DNA of 64,000 nt, taken from positions 214,903 through 278,902 of the forward strand of contig OZ244213.1 of assembly GCA_965216905.1 (NCBI GenBank), written 5' to 3'. The DNA comes from Acidimicrobiia bacterium (GTDB lineage Bacteria; Actinomycetota; Acidimicrobiia; Spongiisociales; ZC4RG35). The position numbers were made by a program, and so were the translations under genes. Of this stretch, positions 29,394 to 38,681 are shown piece by piece (position 1 is the first letter of the stretch; the number at the start of each line of letters is the position of its first letter). Below the pieces are notes generated by a model. That model made no database searches, was not told the origin of the DNA, and saw nothing but the letters and a program-made list of their open reading frames with translations.

Positions 29394-29614
29394 TGGCACT
29401 GATGCTCGACTGTCCGAACTGTGGCCGGCGGAGCGTGGAGGAGTTCGTCTACGGCGAGGTCCCCGACCGGGAGTGGGACGACATCGGCCGCGCCTTCATG
29501 AAGATCAACCTCCCCGAACCAACGGTCGAACGGTGGTTCCACGCCTTCGGCTGCCGCCGCTGGCTCACCCTCACCCGAGACCGCTCCGGCGCCACCCCAC
29601 CACCAGGAACCTGA
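29393..29614 (+). CDS. soxD: Sarcosine oxidase delta subunit
   Basis: CPNCGRRSVEEFVYG...ERWFHAFGCRRW zinc-binding motif. Confidence 0.9.
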   Translation: MALMLDCPNCGRRSVEEFVYGEVPDREWDDIGRAFMKINLPEPTVERWFHAFGCRRWLTLTRDRSGATPPPGT

Positions 29615-29625
29615 CCCAGCCAGGC

Positions 29626-29676
29626 TTTTTATCACCCAGAAGGGTGCCAAAACACCCTGTTGAGGTCGCGAGAACG
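29626..29676 (-). repeat. 51-nt REP/MITE-like element, copy 1
   Basis: Reverse complement is CGTTCTCGCGACCTCAA...GGTGATAAAAA, sharing 17 5' and 11 3' bases with the copy at 33923-33973. Confidence 0.75.
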
Positions 29677-29750
29677 GCGCCTGGGGGCGTCGGTTGGTCG
29701 AAGACGCGCCGGCCACGGGCGTGGCACCACGCATCATCCCCCGTTCTGTT

Positions 29751-29828
29751 GATCCGATCGGTACGTTTTCCGTACCGATCGGGTCATAAAAAGGAGGGAT
29801 CGGGGCCCGTGCCGTGGGCCCCGATCCC
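29751..29828. terminator. Tandem hairpins between convergent soxD and the substrate-binding protein gene
   Basis: GATCCGATCGGTACG/CGTACCGATCGGGTC (29751-29785) and GGGATCGGGGCCC/GGGCCCCGATCCC (29796-29828); the second is followed by a T-tract on the minus strand. Confidence 0.75.
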
Positions 29829-29864
29829 GGTTGGTGGTGGTCGGTGGTCAGTGTGGGCGGATGG

Positions 29865-30875
29865 TCAGCCCAGCCACGCCGACCAGACGTCCTTGTGGTT
29901 CTCGATCCACTCGGCGGCGACATCGGCCGGATCGCGTCCGTCGATCTCCACGCCGGGCAGCATCGACAGCTGATCGTCGGTGGTGATCTGGAACTTCTCG
30001 AGGAACGCATACACGGCCGGGTCCTTTTCGGCCAGCTGTGCCGACGCGGCCTTGATGATCACGTCCTCGGGATAGTCACAGTCGATGGCGGCGGTGTCTG
30101 CGTAGCAGTCCTCGGAGTACTCAGGCAGCGTCACGTTCACCAGGTCGTACTTGGCGACCGCGGCGGTGGGCGTCCACCAGTACAGAACGATCGGCTCCTC
30201 GGCGCTCACCGCACCGTCGACCTCGGCAACGGTGGCCGGCTCCGAACCGGAGAACTGGACCTCGAAGGGCAGCCCGAGGTTCTCGATGATCGCCTCGTCA
30301 TACTGCGAGTACGACGGATCGGTCCCGAGGAAGCGGCCGTTGGGGGCAGTCTCGGCGGTGGCGAACAGCTCGGCCTTGGCCGGATCGGCGAAGCCCTCCC
30401 AGGTCGCCAGCTCGGGGTGCTCGTCGATCACGTAGGACGGGACGAACCAGCCGATCTTGCCAACCGCTCCCAGCTCCCCGATATCGACGACCGAGCCGTC
30501 ATCGAACAGCGCCTGCTCGTCCTCGGTGATACCCGACGGCCAGATCTCCAGCACCGCGTCCAGCGAGCCGTCCGCCAGCCCCGTGAACATGGTGTTCTCG
30601 TCGATTTCGACGATCTCGACGGGGTTGCCCATTTCGGTCTCGATGATCTGCTTGGCCACCTCGGCATTGAGGGCAGAGGCCGTCCACGGATTGACGACCA
30701 AACTGATCGCCTCTCCACCGGAAGCGGGCGCCTCCGGCTCGTCTTCGGCGGCAGGTTCCACGGTCTCGGTGTCGGACAGGGTTTCCTCCGAGGCCGCATC
30801 GTCGGCTCCACCGCAGGCCACCAGGACCAGCATCAAGCCGAGCAGCAGCGCAAGAGTTCTCGTGTTTCTCGTCAT
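29865..30875 (-). CDS. Glycine betaine/choline-type ABC transporter substrate-binding lipoprotein
   Basis: Lipobox LVAC; PWTASALNA, LEIWPSG, GWFVPSY, LYWWTP aromatic-cage motifs (OpuAC/ProX). Confidence 0.9.
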   Translation of the reverse strand: MTRNTRTLALLLGLMLVLVACGGADDAASEETLSDTETVEPAAEDEPEAPASGGEAISLVVNPWTASALNAEVAKQIIETEMGNPVEIVEIDENTMFTGLADGSLDAVLEIWPSGITEDEQALFDDGSVVDIGELGAVGKIGWFVPSYVIDEHPELATWEGFADPAKAELFATAETAPNGRFLGTDPSYSQYDEAIIENLGLPFEVQFSGSEPATVAEVDGAVSAEEPIVLYWWTPTAAVAKYDLVNVTLPEYSEDCYADTAAIDCDYPEDVIIKAASAQLAEKDPAVYAFLEKFQITTDDQLSMLPGVEIDGRDPADVAAEWIENHKDVWSAWLG

Positions 30876-30936
30876 CTGTGTCTCCTCGAACCCCTCCCGA
30901 CGGTCGCGGGAGGGTTAGCGCCGGTACATTACCGAC

Positions 30937-31971
30937 ATGCAGCCGTCGACTCCGTCCCCGGACGGTCCTTGCCTGACCGTGGAGAACGTGTGGAAGGTGT
31001 TCGGTTCCCGTGCCGATGAAGCCCTCCGGATGGCGGACGACGGGGCCAGCCGGGACGACATCCTGCAGCGGACCGGTACCACCGTCGCCGTTCGGGACGT
31101 GTCATTTGATGTCCATCCGGGTGAGACGTTCGTCGTCATGGGACTCTCCGGTAGCGGGAAGTCGACCCTCGTTCGCTGCGTCGCCAGGCTCGGTGATCCC
31201 ACCCGGGGTCGAGTGACCCTCGACGGCGACGACCTGACGGCGATGAGCGGAGACCAACTCCGGGCGGTTCGTCGGGCCAAGCTGTCGATGGTCTTCCAAC
31301 ACTTCGGACTCTTCCCACACCGGCGGGTCATCGACAACGTGGCCTATGGCCTCGAGGTGGCCGGCGTCGACAAGGCCACACGGCATGAGCGGGCGCTCGA
31401 GGTGCTCGACGTCGTCGGCTTGAGCGGCTGGGACCGGCACTACCCACAGGAACTCTCCGGGGGTATGCAACAAAGGGTGGGTCTGGCGAGGGCGCTCGCC
31501 GTCGACCCGGAAGTCCTCTTCTTCGACGAGCCCTTTTCGGCCTTGGATCCGCTCATCCGCCGCGAGATGCAGGACGAGCTCATTCGGCTTCAGTCCGAAC
31601 TCCAGCGCACGATCGTGTTCATCACCCACGACTTTGCGGAAGCGATCAAGCTCGGTGACCGAATCGCCATCATGAAAGACGGCGCACTCGACCAGGTCGG
31701 CTCCGCCGCACAGCTGGTCACGCACCCCGAGACCGACTACGTCCGTGAGTTCACCGAGGACATCCCCAAGGCCAAGGTGTTGCTGGCCACCGACGTGATG
31801 ACTCCGGCCGCCAGCGACGGCTGGGAGCGAACGGTCGGCACCGACGCCACGGTCGAGGACATCCTGCCGGCCCTCCTCGCAGCACCCGACCCGGTTGGGG
31901 TTCTCGACGACCAGGGCCGGCCGGTCGGGTCGATCGATCGCGCCGCCGTGGCTCGCGTCCTGGCACCGTGA
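30937..31971 (+). CDS. Betaine/proline ABC transporter ATP-binding protein (ProV/OpuAA-like)
   Basis: [46 protein letters not shown]. Confidence 0.94.
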   Translation: MQPSTPSPDGPCLTVENVWKVFGSRADEALRMADDGASRDDILQRTGTTVAVRDVSFDVHPGETFVVMGLSGSGKSTLVRCVARLGDPTRGRVTLDGDDLTAMSGDQLRAVRRAKLSMVFQHFGLFPHRRVIDNVAYGLEVAGVDKATRHERALEVLDVVGLSGWDRHYPQELSGGMQQRVGLARALAVDPEVLFFDEPFSALDPLIRREMQDELIRLQSELQRTIVFITHDFAEAIKLGDRIAIMKDGALDQVGSAAQLVTHPETDYVREFTEDIPKAKVLLATDVMTPAASDGWERTVGTDATVEDILPALLAAPDPVGVLDDQGRPVGSIDRAAVARVLAP

Positions 31972-33881
31972 CGGCGACCACCGCCCGCGCTCCCGCCGAC
32001 ACCACCGTCCTGGTTCGTGCCGCTCCGTGGCTCGCGCTGATCGCAGGTATCGGCGTTCTCCAACTGGCGTTCTCCGGACGCGTCGAGTTCCCGGCCATCC
32101 TCGACAAGACCTTCTCGGAGCCGATCGACGCATTCGAGGCCTGGGCCCAGGCCAACCGATCCAGCCACCCGCTGTTCACCGCCTTCTTCACACCGATCTC
32201 GCGAGCCATCGAGTGGAGTCTCGCCACTGTCGAGTCCTTCCTCGTCGCCCTCCCCTGGTACACGCTGCCGCTGTTCGTGCTGTTGGTGGTGCTTCGCGCC
32301 CGGCGGTGGCAACCGGCGCTGGTGGCGTTCGGCGCCATGCTCTACCCCGGCCTGTTCGGGATGTGGGAGGTCACGCTGGAGACCATGGCCGTGATGGCCA
32401 ATGCAGTACTGCTGTGCGTCATCATCGGCGTCCCCCTGGGGATTTGGGCGGCGTTCCGGCCCAGGGTGGAACGAGCGCTCCGGCCGGTCCTCGATGCGAT
32501 GCAGACGATCCCGGCGTTCGTCTACTTCATCCCGATGGTCCTGTTCTTCGGGATTCGACGAGTCCCGGCGACGGTGGCGACGGTGATCTACGCCCTCCCG
32601 CCCTTGGTGCGTCTGACCACCCTGGGGATCCGTCGCGTCCCCAGCCAGACGGTGGAGGCGTCATCGATGTTCGGTGCAAGCCGCCGGCAGACCTTGCTGA
32701 AGGTGCAGTTCCCGATGGCCATCCCGTCCATCATGACCGGACTGAATCAGACGATCATGATGGCTCTCGGGATCGTGGTGCTGGCCGCACTGGTCGGTGC
32801 CGGCGGGCTCGGCCAGGACATCCTCGGAGCGATGGCTCAGCGGAGGACCGGGCGAGGACTGGCGATCGGCCTGGCGATCGTGGCCGTGGCCATGGTCCTC
32901 GACCGACTCGGTCGCTCGATCGTCGAGTACGACCGCACGAATCCCATTCCCCGACACATCGTCATCGGTGCGACGGCCGGCCTGGTCGCAGCCACGATGG
33001 CCGGCCTCGCCGCCGGATGGACCGAGTTCCCGGCCCTCTTCTCCCCTGCCACCTTCGACCCCATCGACCAGGGTGTGGTGTGGATCCGGGACAACCTCCG
33101 GTGGCTGACCACCGGGTTCAACGACTTCGTGATCGGTCAGGTCATCGTGCCGGCCACCGATCTGCTGACGGAGACCGTGGCGTGGCCGGTCACCGTCTTC
33201 GTCACCGGGTGGATGTGTTGGCGGGTGGCGGGCTGGAAGATGGCGGCATGGGCGATGGCGGCCGTGACCCTGGTCGGCCTGATCGGAGTCTGGGAGCTCA
33301 CGCTGGAGACGCTCGTCCAGGTCGTCGTCGGCGTGGTTCTGTCGGTGGCGATCGCAGTACCGGTCGGCGTCTGGGCGGGACGCCGCCGCCGAGTCGAGGT
33401 GGCGCTCGGGCCGATCCTCGATGCGCTGCAGACCATCCCCTCGCTCGTGTACATCATCCCGGTGGTCGTCTTCTTCACCATCGGCGCCGTTCCCGGAATC
33501 ATCGCCTCGGTTCTCTATGCGATCGTCCCGGGCATCCGCCTGACCGCACTGGGGATCAAGGAGGTTCCCGAGGAGACCGTGGAGGCCTCTCAGACCTTCG
33601 GTGCCACACCTCGCCAGACGATGTTCGGCGTCCGGCTTCCCCTGGCGGCACCCACGATTCTGGCCGGTGTCAACCAGATCATCATGATGGTGCTGGCGAT
33701 GGTCATCATCGCCGGGTTGGTGGGCGCAGGTGGGCTCGGATTCCATATCGTCGAGGCGCTCAAGCGCCGCGAGACCGGTCAGGGGTTCGAGGCCGGGCTC
33801 GCCATCCTGGTGATGGCGATCATCCTCGACCGCCTCACCCAGGCGTTCGCCCACCGGATGCAGCCGCCCACCGGTCACTGA
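31968..33881 (+). CDS. Betaine ABC transporter permease with two fused ProW domains
   Basis: LDAMQTIPAFVY...EASSMFGAS...GLNQTIMMAL and LDALQTIPSLVY...EASQTFGAT...GVNQIIMMVL. Confidence 0.92.
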   Translation: MTATTARAPADTTVLVRAAPWLALIAGIGVLQLAFSGRVEFPAILDKTFSEPIDAFEAWAQANRSSHPLFTAFFTPISRAIEWSLATVESFLVALPWYTLPLFVLLVVLRARRWQPALVAFGAMLYPGLFGMWEVTLETMAVMANAVLLCVIIGVPLGIWAAFRPRVERALRPVLDAMQTIPAFVYFIPMVLFFGIRRVPATVATVIYALPPLVRLTTLGIRRVPSQTVEASSMFGASRRQTLLKVQFPMAIPSIMTGLNQTIMMALGIVVLAALVGAGGLGQDILGAMAQRRTGRGLAIGLAIVAVAMVLDRLGRSIVEYDRTNPIPRHIVIGATAGLVAATMAGLAAGWTEFPALFSPATFDPIDQGVVWIRDNLRWLTTGFNDFVIGQVIVPATDLLTETVAWPVTVFVTGWMCWRVAGWKMAAWAMAAVTLVGLIGVWELTLETLVQVVVGVVLSVAIAVPVGVWAGRRRRVEVALGPILDALQTIPSLVYIIPVVVFFTIGAVPGIIASVLYAIVPGIRLTALGIKEVPEETVEASQTFGATPRQTMFGVRLPLAAPTILAGVNQIIMMVLAMVIIAGLVGAGGLGFHIVEALKRRETGQGFEAGLAILVMAIILDRLTQAFAHRMQPPTGH

Positions 33882-33922
33882 CCTTCCCCGGGAGCCCACC
33901 TTCTCGACGGAGGCCGTTTCCT

Positions 33923-33973
33923 CGTTCTCGCGACCTCAAAGGGACCGAGAGAGGCCGTTTGAGGTGATAAAAA
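33923..33973 (+). repeat. 51-nt REP/MITE-like element, copy 2
   Basis: CGTTCTCGCGACCTCAAAGGGACCGAGAGAGGCCGTTTGAGGTGATAAAAA with internal ACCTCAAA/TTTGAGGT stem. Confidence 0.75.
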
Positions 33974-33980
33974 CGATGGC

Positions 33981-34850
33981 TCAGGGCAGGTACCGCTGCT
34001 CGGCTTCCTTCAGCTCTCCGGCGTTCTGAAGGCGGAAGATTTCTTTGACGGGGACGATCTCGTCCTCGACCGGTGCCAGCGAGCGGTTTCGATGGATGGT
34101 GGTGGCCGTGTCTTGCATTGCCCGGATCGACGAGCGAAGGAGGTGGTTCGCCCAGATCACCAGGCTGACGCCGGCCTCCTCGAAGACCTCTGTCGGGGTC
34201 GACCAGTAGGTGGTGGGAACGACGACCACCGGGACATCGCGATCCCAACGCCCCATGAACTCGACGATCTGAGAGGCATCGGAGATCTTGGAGTGCATGA
34301 GGATTGCATCGGCTCCGGCCTCGGCGTAGGCCGTGGCGCGACGAACCGCTTCGTCCATCCCCCAGCCGGCGATCAACGCCTCCACTCGGGCGACGACGTT
34401 GAAGTCGGGGTCCGACTGGCTGTCCTTCGCCGCGCGAATCTTCCCGGCGAACTCCTCGACGTCGGCGAGCTGCTGAGCCTCGCCGTCGATGAACGAGTTC
34501 GTCTTCGGGAACAGCTTGTCCTCGATGCACATCGCCGCGATCGAGCGCTGCTCCAGCTTCTGGACCAGCCGCCGAACGTTGTTGAAGTTCCCATATCCCG
34601 TGTCGGCATCCACCATGATCGGGATCCGCGAGGCGTCGGACATGAACTCGAGCACTTCGAGGATCTGGGTCCAGCTCGCCTCGTTGTTGTCCCGCACGCC
34701 GAGGGCCGCGGACATGGCGAGACCACTGGCCCAGATACCGTCGAACCCCGCCTCTTCGACGATCTTGGCGCTGAGGCCGTTGTGGGCTTCGAGGATGAAC
34801 TCCAGCCGGTCCGAGGCCAGCATCTCCCGGAAGCGGGTCGACTTGTTCAC
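33981..34850 (-). CDS. pepM: Phosphoenolpyruvate mutase
   Basis: [27 protein letters not shown] and the diagnostic [10 protein letters not shown] (EDKx5NS). GTG 34850 with AGGAG RBS. Confidence 0.95.
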   Translation of the reverse strand: MNKSTRFREMLASDRLEFILEAHNGLSAKIVEEAGFDGIWASGLAMSAALGVRDNNEASWTQILEVLEFMSDASRIPIMVDADTGYGNFNNVRRLVQKLEQRSIAAMCIEDKLFPKTNSFIDGEAQQLADVEEFAGKIRAAKDSQSDPDFNVVARVEALIAGWGMDEAVRRATAYAEAGADAILMHSKISDASQIVEFMGRWDRDVPVVVVPTTYWSTPTEVFEEAGVSLVIWANHLLRSSIRAMQDTATTIHRNRSLAPVEDEIVPVKEIFRLQNAGELKEAEQRYLP

Positions 34851-34860
34851 GGGTGCTCCT

Positions 34861-35826
34861 TCAGCTGAGGACGATGAAATTCTCGGCGGTGGCGGTTGCG
34901 TCCGGCAGGTCGGCCGGCGCCTCTTCGATGCCGCGCACGATGAGTGCGCCAATCTCTCGTTGAGAGTCGATCGTGGCCGCTCCGATGTGGGGTGTCAGGA
35001 TCACGTTCTCGAGGTCGGCGAGTGGGGAGATGTTGCCGTCTCCCTCCTCGGCATGGACGTCGAGCGCCGCGCCGGCGAGATGACCGCTCAACAGCGCCTC
35101 GCGCAGTGCGAGTTCGTCGACCACGCCTCCCCGGGCCATGTTGACGAGGAACGCTCCCGGCTTCATATGCGCCAGTTCGCCGGGACCGATCAGCATCCGG
35201 GTCGATTCCTGGAGCGGCACGTGAACGCACACGTAATCGCTCTCGGCGAGCACTTCGTCGATTCCGGTGAGACGGATGCCGGCTTCGGTCAGTCGTTGCC
35301 GGGCATCGGCGGTGGGGTGCTCCACACACCCGAGCACCTCCATGTCCCACGCGACTCCGAGTCGACCGGTCCGGGTGCCGATGTTGCCGGCACCGACCAC
35401 GCCGAGGACCCGGCCGGTGAGGAGACGCCCGCGTGCTTGTCGCTTGACCCAGTTGCCGCGTCTCCATTCGCCGTCGGCCCACCGGACCTGCCGGGAGAGG
35501 TTGAGCATGTGGGCAAAGGCCAGCTCGGCCACCGCCTTCGCTCCGGGACCCGGAACCCGAACGAAGCGCACCTTCATGGTGCCGAGGGCGTCCAGGTCGA
35601 TGTTGTCGTATCCGGACCCCGCCCGGATGATCGTGTGGAGCTGGGTCCCGGCCGCGAGCACTCGTTCGGTGATCTGGACACCGCTCCGGAACACCAGCGC
35701 CTCACAACCCGCGATGGCCTCCACCAGCGATGCTTCGTCCGCTCCGAATCGCTGGACGACCTGATGGCGCTCGGCCAGGTCTGCGATGGCTTCGGGGGCG
35801 ATGGCGCTGGCGAGGAGGATCTTCAT
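34861..35826 (-). CDS. D-isomer-specific 2-hydroxyacid dehydrogenase (candidate phosphonopyruvate reductase)
   Basis: [19 protein letters not shown], catalytic VNMARG / DVHAEEG / TPHIGAAT; no ACT domain; 10 bp from pepM. Confidence 0.88.
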   Translation of the reverse strand: MKILLASAIAPEAIADLAERHQVVQRFGADEASLVEAIAGCEALVFRSGVQITERVLAAGTQLHTIIRAGSGYDNIDLDALGTMKVRFVRVPGPGAKAVAELAFAHMLNLSRQVRWADGEWRRGNWVKRQARGRLLTGRVLGVVGAGNIGTRTGRLGVAWDMEVLGCVEHPTADARQRLTEAGIRLTGIDEVLAESDYVCVHVPLQESTRMLIGPGELAHMKPGAFLVNMARGGVVDELALREALLSGHLAGAALDVHAEEGDGNISPLADLENVILTPHIGAATIDSQREIGALIVRGIEEAPADLPDATATAENFIVLS

Positions 35827-36611
35827 GCGGTCTCTTTCGGGTCTTTGGAACAGTGAAACACGTGCTCGTCATCCGTCAGGCCAAACATGATCCGCGCCGC
35901 CGGATCGATGTCGGTGGCCGGGAACACCCGCACGCCGAAGCCGTGGGACCGGAGCCGGTCGACAACGTCGCCTCCGTAGTCCCGGCGATGGTCCGCCTCC
36001 CCGAACGCCGCCCTTCGCTCGTCGGGATCGGTGATGGACGGGTCCTCCCGGGTCACACCGTCGAGGCGACAGGGAAAGTTGAGCACCGCCCATCCCCCCG
36101 GACGCAACACCCGGTACAGCTCCGCCATGGCTGCGTGATCGTCGTCGAGGTGTTCGAGGACATGGATGCTCAGCGCGGCGTCGAAGCTCTCCGACGGGAA
36201 TGGCATGTCGGTGACATCGAGCCGCATCGTGGGGAGATCGCGACGACGGATGTCGATTCCGACCCAGTCGATGGAGGGAATCGCCGCCAACGCCCTCCCG
36301 GGACCGATCGCCGGCGCCACGTGGAGCAGCCGGATCGGCCCATCCCAGAGATTCGTGTGCTGTTGGAGGTGGAGCCACACGCGCCGGTGGCGGGCTTTGG
36401 CGTTGCAGCGCGGGCAGTAGCCGTTCTGACGGGTTCTGAGCGATCCACCCTGATGGGTGAAGGCGGCCACCCCGGTGTCACACACCAGGCAGCGGTACCG
36501 GCTTCCTCTTCGGATCAATCCCCGGCCCGCGAGCAGTGCCGACTTGGCGACCCAGCGAAGATCTGAACGCCACTCGCTCCGGCGCCCCGCGCGAGGGCTG
36601 GGCCGTCTCAC
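35823..36611 (-). CDS. Class I SAM-dependent methyltransferase with N-terminal Cys (zinc-ribbon) motif
   Basis: CLVC...CPRCNAKARHR, LLHVAP, LDVTDMPFPSESFD, HVLEHL, LYRVLRPGG; ATGA overlap with the dehydrogenase. Start uncertain (up to 36755). Confidence 0.85.
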   Translation of the reverse strand: MRRPSPRAGRRSEWRSDLRWVAKSALLAGRGLIRRGSRYRCLVCDTGVAAFTHQGGSLRTRQNGYCPRCNAKARHRRVWLHLQQHTNLWDGPIRLLHVAPAIGPGRALAAIPSIDWVGIDIRRRDLPTMRLDVTDMPFPSESFDAALSIHVLEHLDDDHAAMAELYRVLRPGGWAVLNFPCRLDGVTREDPSITDPDERRAAFGEADHRRDYGGDVVDRLRSHGFGVRVFPATDIDPAARIMFGLTDDEHVFHCSKDPKETA

Positions 36612-36656
36612 ACCGGTCTGCACACGCACGCACCAAGATTCATGAACGGAACTCCC

Positions 36657-36704
36657 ACCCCATTTGGCACCCCATCTGGCACCCCATTCGGCACCCCACT
36701 CGGC
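36657..36704. repeat. Four tandem 12-nt repeats (consensus ACCCCATTYGGC)
   Basis: ACCCCATTTGGC ACCCCATCTGGC ACCCCATTCGGC ACCCCACTCGGC. Confidence 0.85.
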
Positions 36705-36835
36705 CATCCTCCGCTCCCAGACTCTATCGCCGCCTGCCTGGCTCGTGGGATGCAATCTGGAATCGTCGAGGTCGAGCCGGGTGGGGACGTCGGGGATCGA
36801 CCCGGCACAACCCGACGGAGCGGTAGCCTCACTCG

Positions 36836-38548
36836 ATGCGTCGATACGACTTCGTCATCGTGGGCGGAGGATCCGCGGGCTCGGCGCTCGCCAATCGCCT
36901 CAGCGCCGACCGTGCCAATCGGGTGCTGGTGCTGGAGGCGGGACGACCCGACTACCGGTGGGACGTCTTCATCCACATGCCGGCGGCACTGGCGTTTCCG
37001 ATCGGCAGTCGCTTCTACGACTGGCGGTACACCACCGAGCCGGAGCCATGGATGGATGGGCGTCGTGTGTACCACGCCCGCGGCAAGGTGCTCGGCGGTT
37101 CATCGAGCATCAATGGGATGATCTTCCAGCGAGGGAACCCGCTGGATTACGAACGCTGGGCAGCAGATCCCGGGATGGAGTCATGGGACTATGCCCATTG
37201 CCTTCCCTACTTCCGGCGCATGGAGACCTGCCTCGCGGCCCTTCCCGACGACCCCGTCGACACCCCGTTCCGTGGCACGGAAGGCCCCCTGGTGCTCGAG
37301 CGGGGTGACGCTCGAGGAGAACTGTATGAGGCGTTCTTCGAAGCGGTTCAGCAGGCGGGTTACCCGTTGACGGCAGACGTCAACGGCCATCGGCAGGAGG
37401 GGTTCGCCGCGTTCGATCGGAACGTCCATCGCGGCCGGCGTCTGAGCGCCGCCCGGGCCTACCTCCACCCGGCCATGGACCGACCGAATCTGGAGGTCGT
37501 GACCCGGGCAATGGTCACGCGGGTCCGGTTCGACGGCAATCGAGCGGTCGGTGTCGAGTACCGCCGGGGTGGCCGCATGCAACGGGTGGGGGCCGGCCAG
37601 GTGATCCTGTGCGGAGGCGCCTTCAACACGCCGCAACTCCTTCAGTTGTCCGGTGTGGGCGACGCAGACCTGCTCCGATCCTTGGGAATCGACGTCGTCG
37701 CCGACGTCCCCGGCGTGGGTGAGCACCTCCAGGACCACCTCGAGGTCTACGTTCAGCACTCGGCGATCCGTCCGGTTTCGATCCAGCCGTGGATGGCGAT
37801 GTGGCGCCGGCCGCTCGTCGGGCTCCTGTGGCTTTTCCGCAGGGGACCGGGAGCCACCAATCACTTCGAGGCCGGCGGATTCGTTCGCTCCAACGACGAA
37901 GTTGCCTACCCCAACCTCATGTTCCACTTCCTGCCGATCGCCATCCGCTACGACGGAACGGCACCCACCGCCGGACACGGATATCAGGTGCACATCGGAC
38001 CCATGTACTCCGACGCCCGCGGGTCGGTCCGAATCCGTTCCGACGACCCGCGCCAGAAGCCGGCCATCCGGTTCAATTACCTGTCCACCGACCAGGACCG
38101 GCGCGAGTGGGTGGAGTCGGTGCGGATCGCCCGCACGATCCTCTCCCAGCCCGCCTTCGACGGCATCGACGGCGGTGAGATCTCGCCCGGTCCGTCGGTC
38201 GTGTCGGATGCCGACATCCTCGAGTGGGTGGCGCGGGATGCCGAGACCGCCCTCCACCCTTCTTGCACTGCCCGCATGGGCATCGACGAGCTGTCGGTCG
38301 TGAATCCCAAAACCATGGAGGTCCACGGTGTCGACGGTCTCTGTGTCGTGGACGCGTCGGCGATGCCGTACGTCACCAACGGAAACATCTATGCCCCGGT
38401 GATGATGCTGGCGGAGAAGGCTGCCGACCTGATTCTCGGCAACACCCCGCTCAATCCGATGACACTCCCGTTCCACCGGCACGCGGGACCCGGTTCAGCC
38501 CGACCAAGCCCGCAGAAAGACGGCCACCGCCGCCAGCCAGATCACTGA
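36836..38548 (+). CDS. betA: Choline dehydrogenase (GMC oxidoreductase)
   Basis: [72 protein letters not shown]. Confidence 0.94.
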   Translation: MRRYDFVIVGGGSAGSALANRLSADRANRVLVLEAGRPDYRWDVFIHMPAALAFPIGSRFYDWRYTTEPEPWMDGRRVYHARGKVLGGSSSINGMIFQRGNPLDYERWAADPGMESWDYAHCLPYFRRMETCLAALPDDPVDTPFRGTEGPLVLERGDARGELYEAFFEAVQQAGYPLTADVNGHRQEGFAAFDRNVHRGRRLSAARAYLHPAMDRPNLEVVTRAMVTRVRFDGNRAVGVEYRRGGRMQRVGAGQVILCGGAFNTPQLLQLSGVGDADLLRSLGIDVVADVPGVGEHLQDHLEVYVQHSAIRPVSIQPWMAMWRRPLVGLLWLFRRGPGATNHFEAGGFVRSNDEVAYPNLMFHFLPIAIRYDGTAPTAGHGYQVHIGPMYSDARGSVRIRSDDPRQKPAIRFNYLSTDQDRREWVESVRIARTILSQPAFDGIDGGEISPGPSVVSDADILEWVARDAETALHPSCTARMGIDELSVVNPKTMEVHGVDGLCVVDASAMPYVTNGNIYAPVMMLAEKAADLILGNTPLNPMTLPFHRHAGPGSARPSPQKDGHRRQPDH

Positions 38549-38668
38549 CCCGGCCACCACCAACCCGTCTCCGGAGCGGATACCCGCGACCAGATACAGG
38601 ACACCGCTGATGGCAAAGCCGGTCCAGGCGATCAGTTCCAGGCGGCGGATCCGCTCCAGGTCACGCAT
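38495..38668 (-). CDS. Small two-TM membrane protein
   Basis: [57 protein letters not shown]; follows the methyltransferase gene. Confidence 0.6.
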   Translation of the reverse strand: MRDLERIRRLELIAWTGFAISGVLYLVAGIRSGDGLVVAGSVIWLAAVAVFLRAWSG

Positions 38669-38681
38669 GGGCGGAGGCCCC

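Noticed and set aside
33981-34850. Isocitrate/methylisocitrate lyase instead of PEP mutase
   Set aside because: It has [10 protein letters not shown] and DNNEASW rather than the KKCGH/KRCGH lyase signature.
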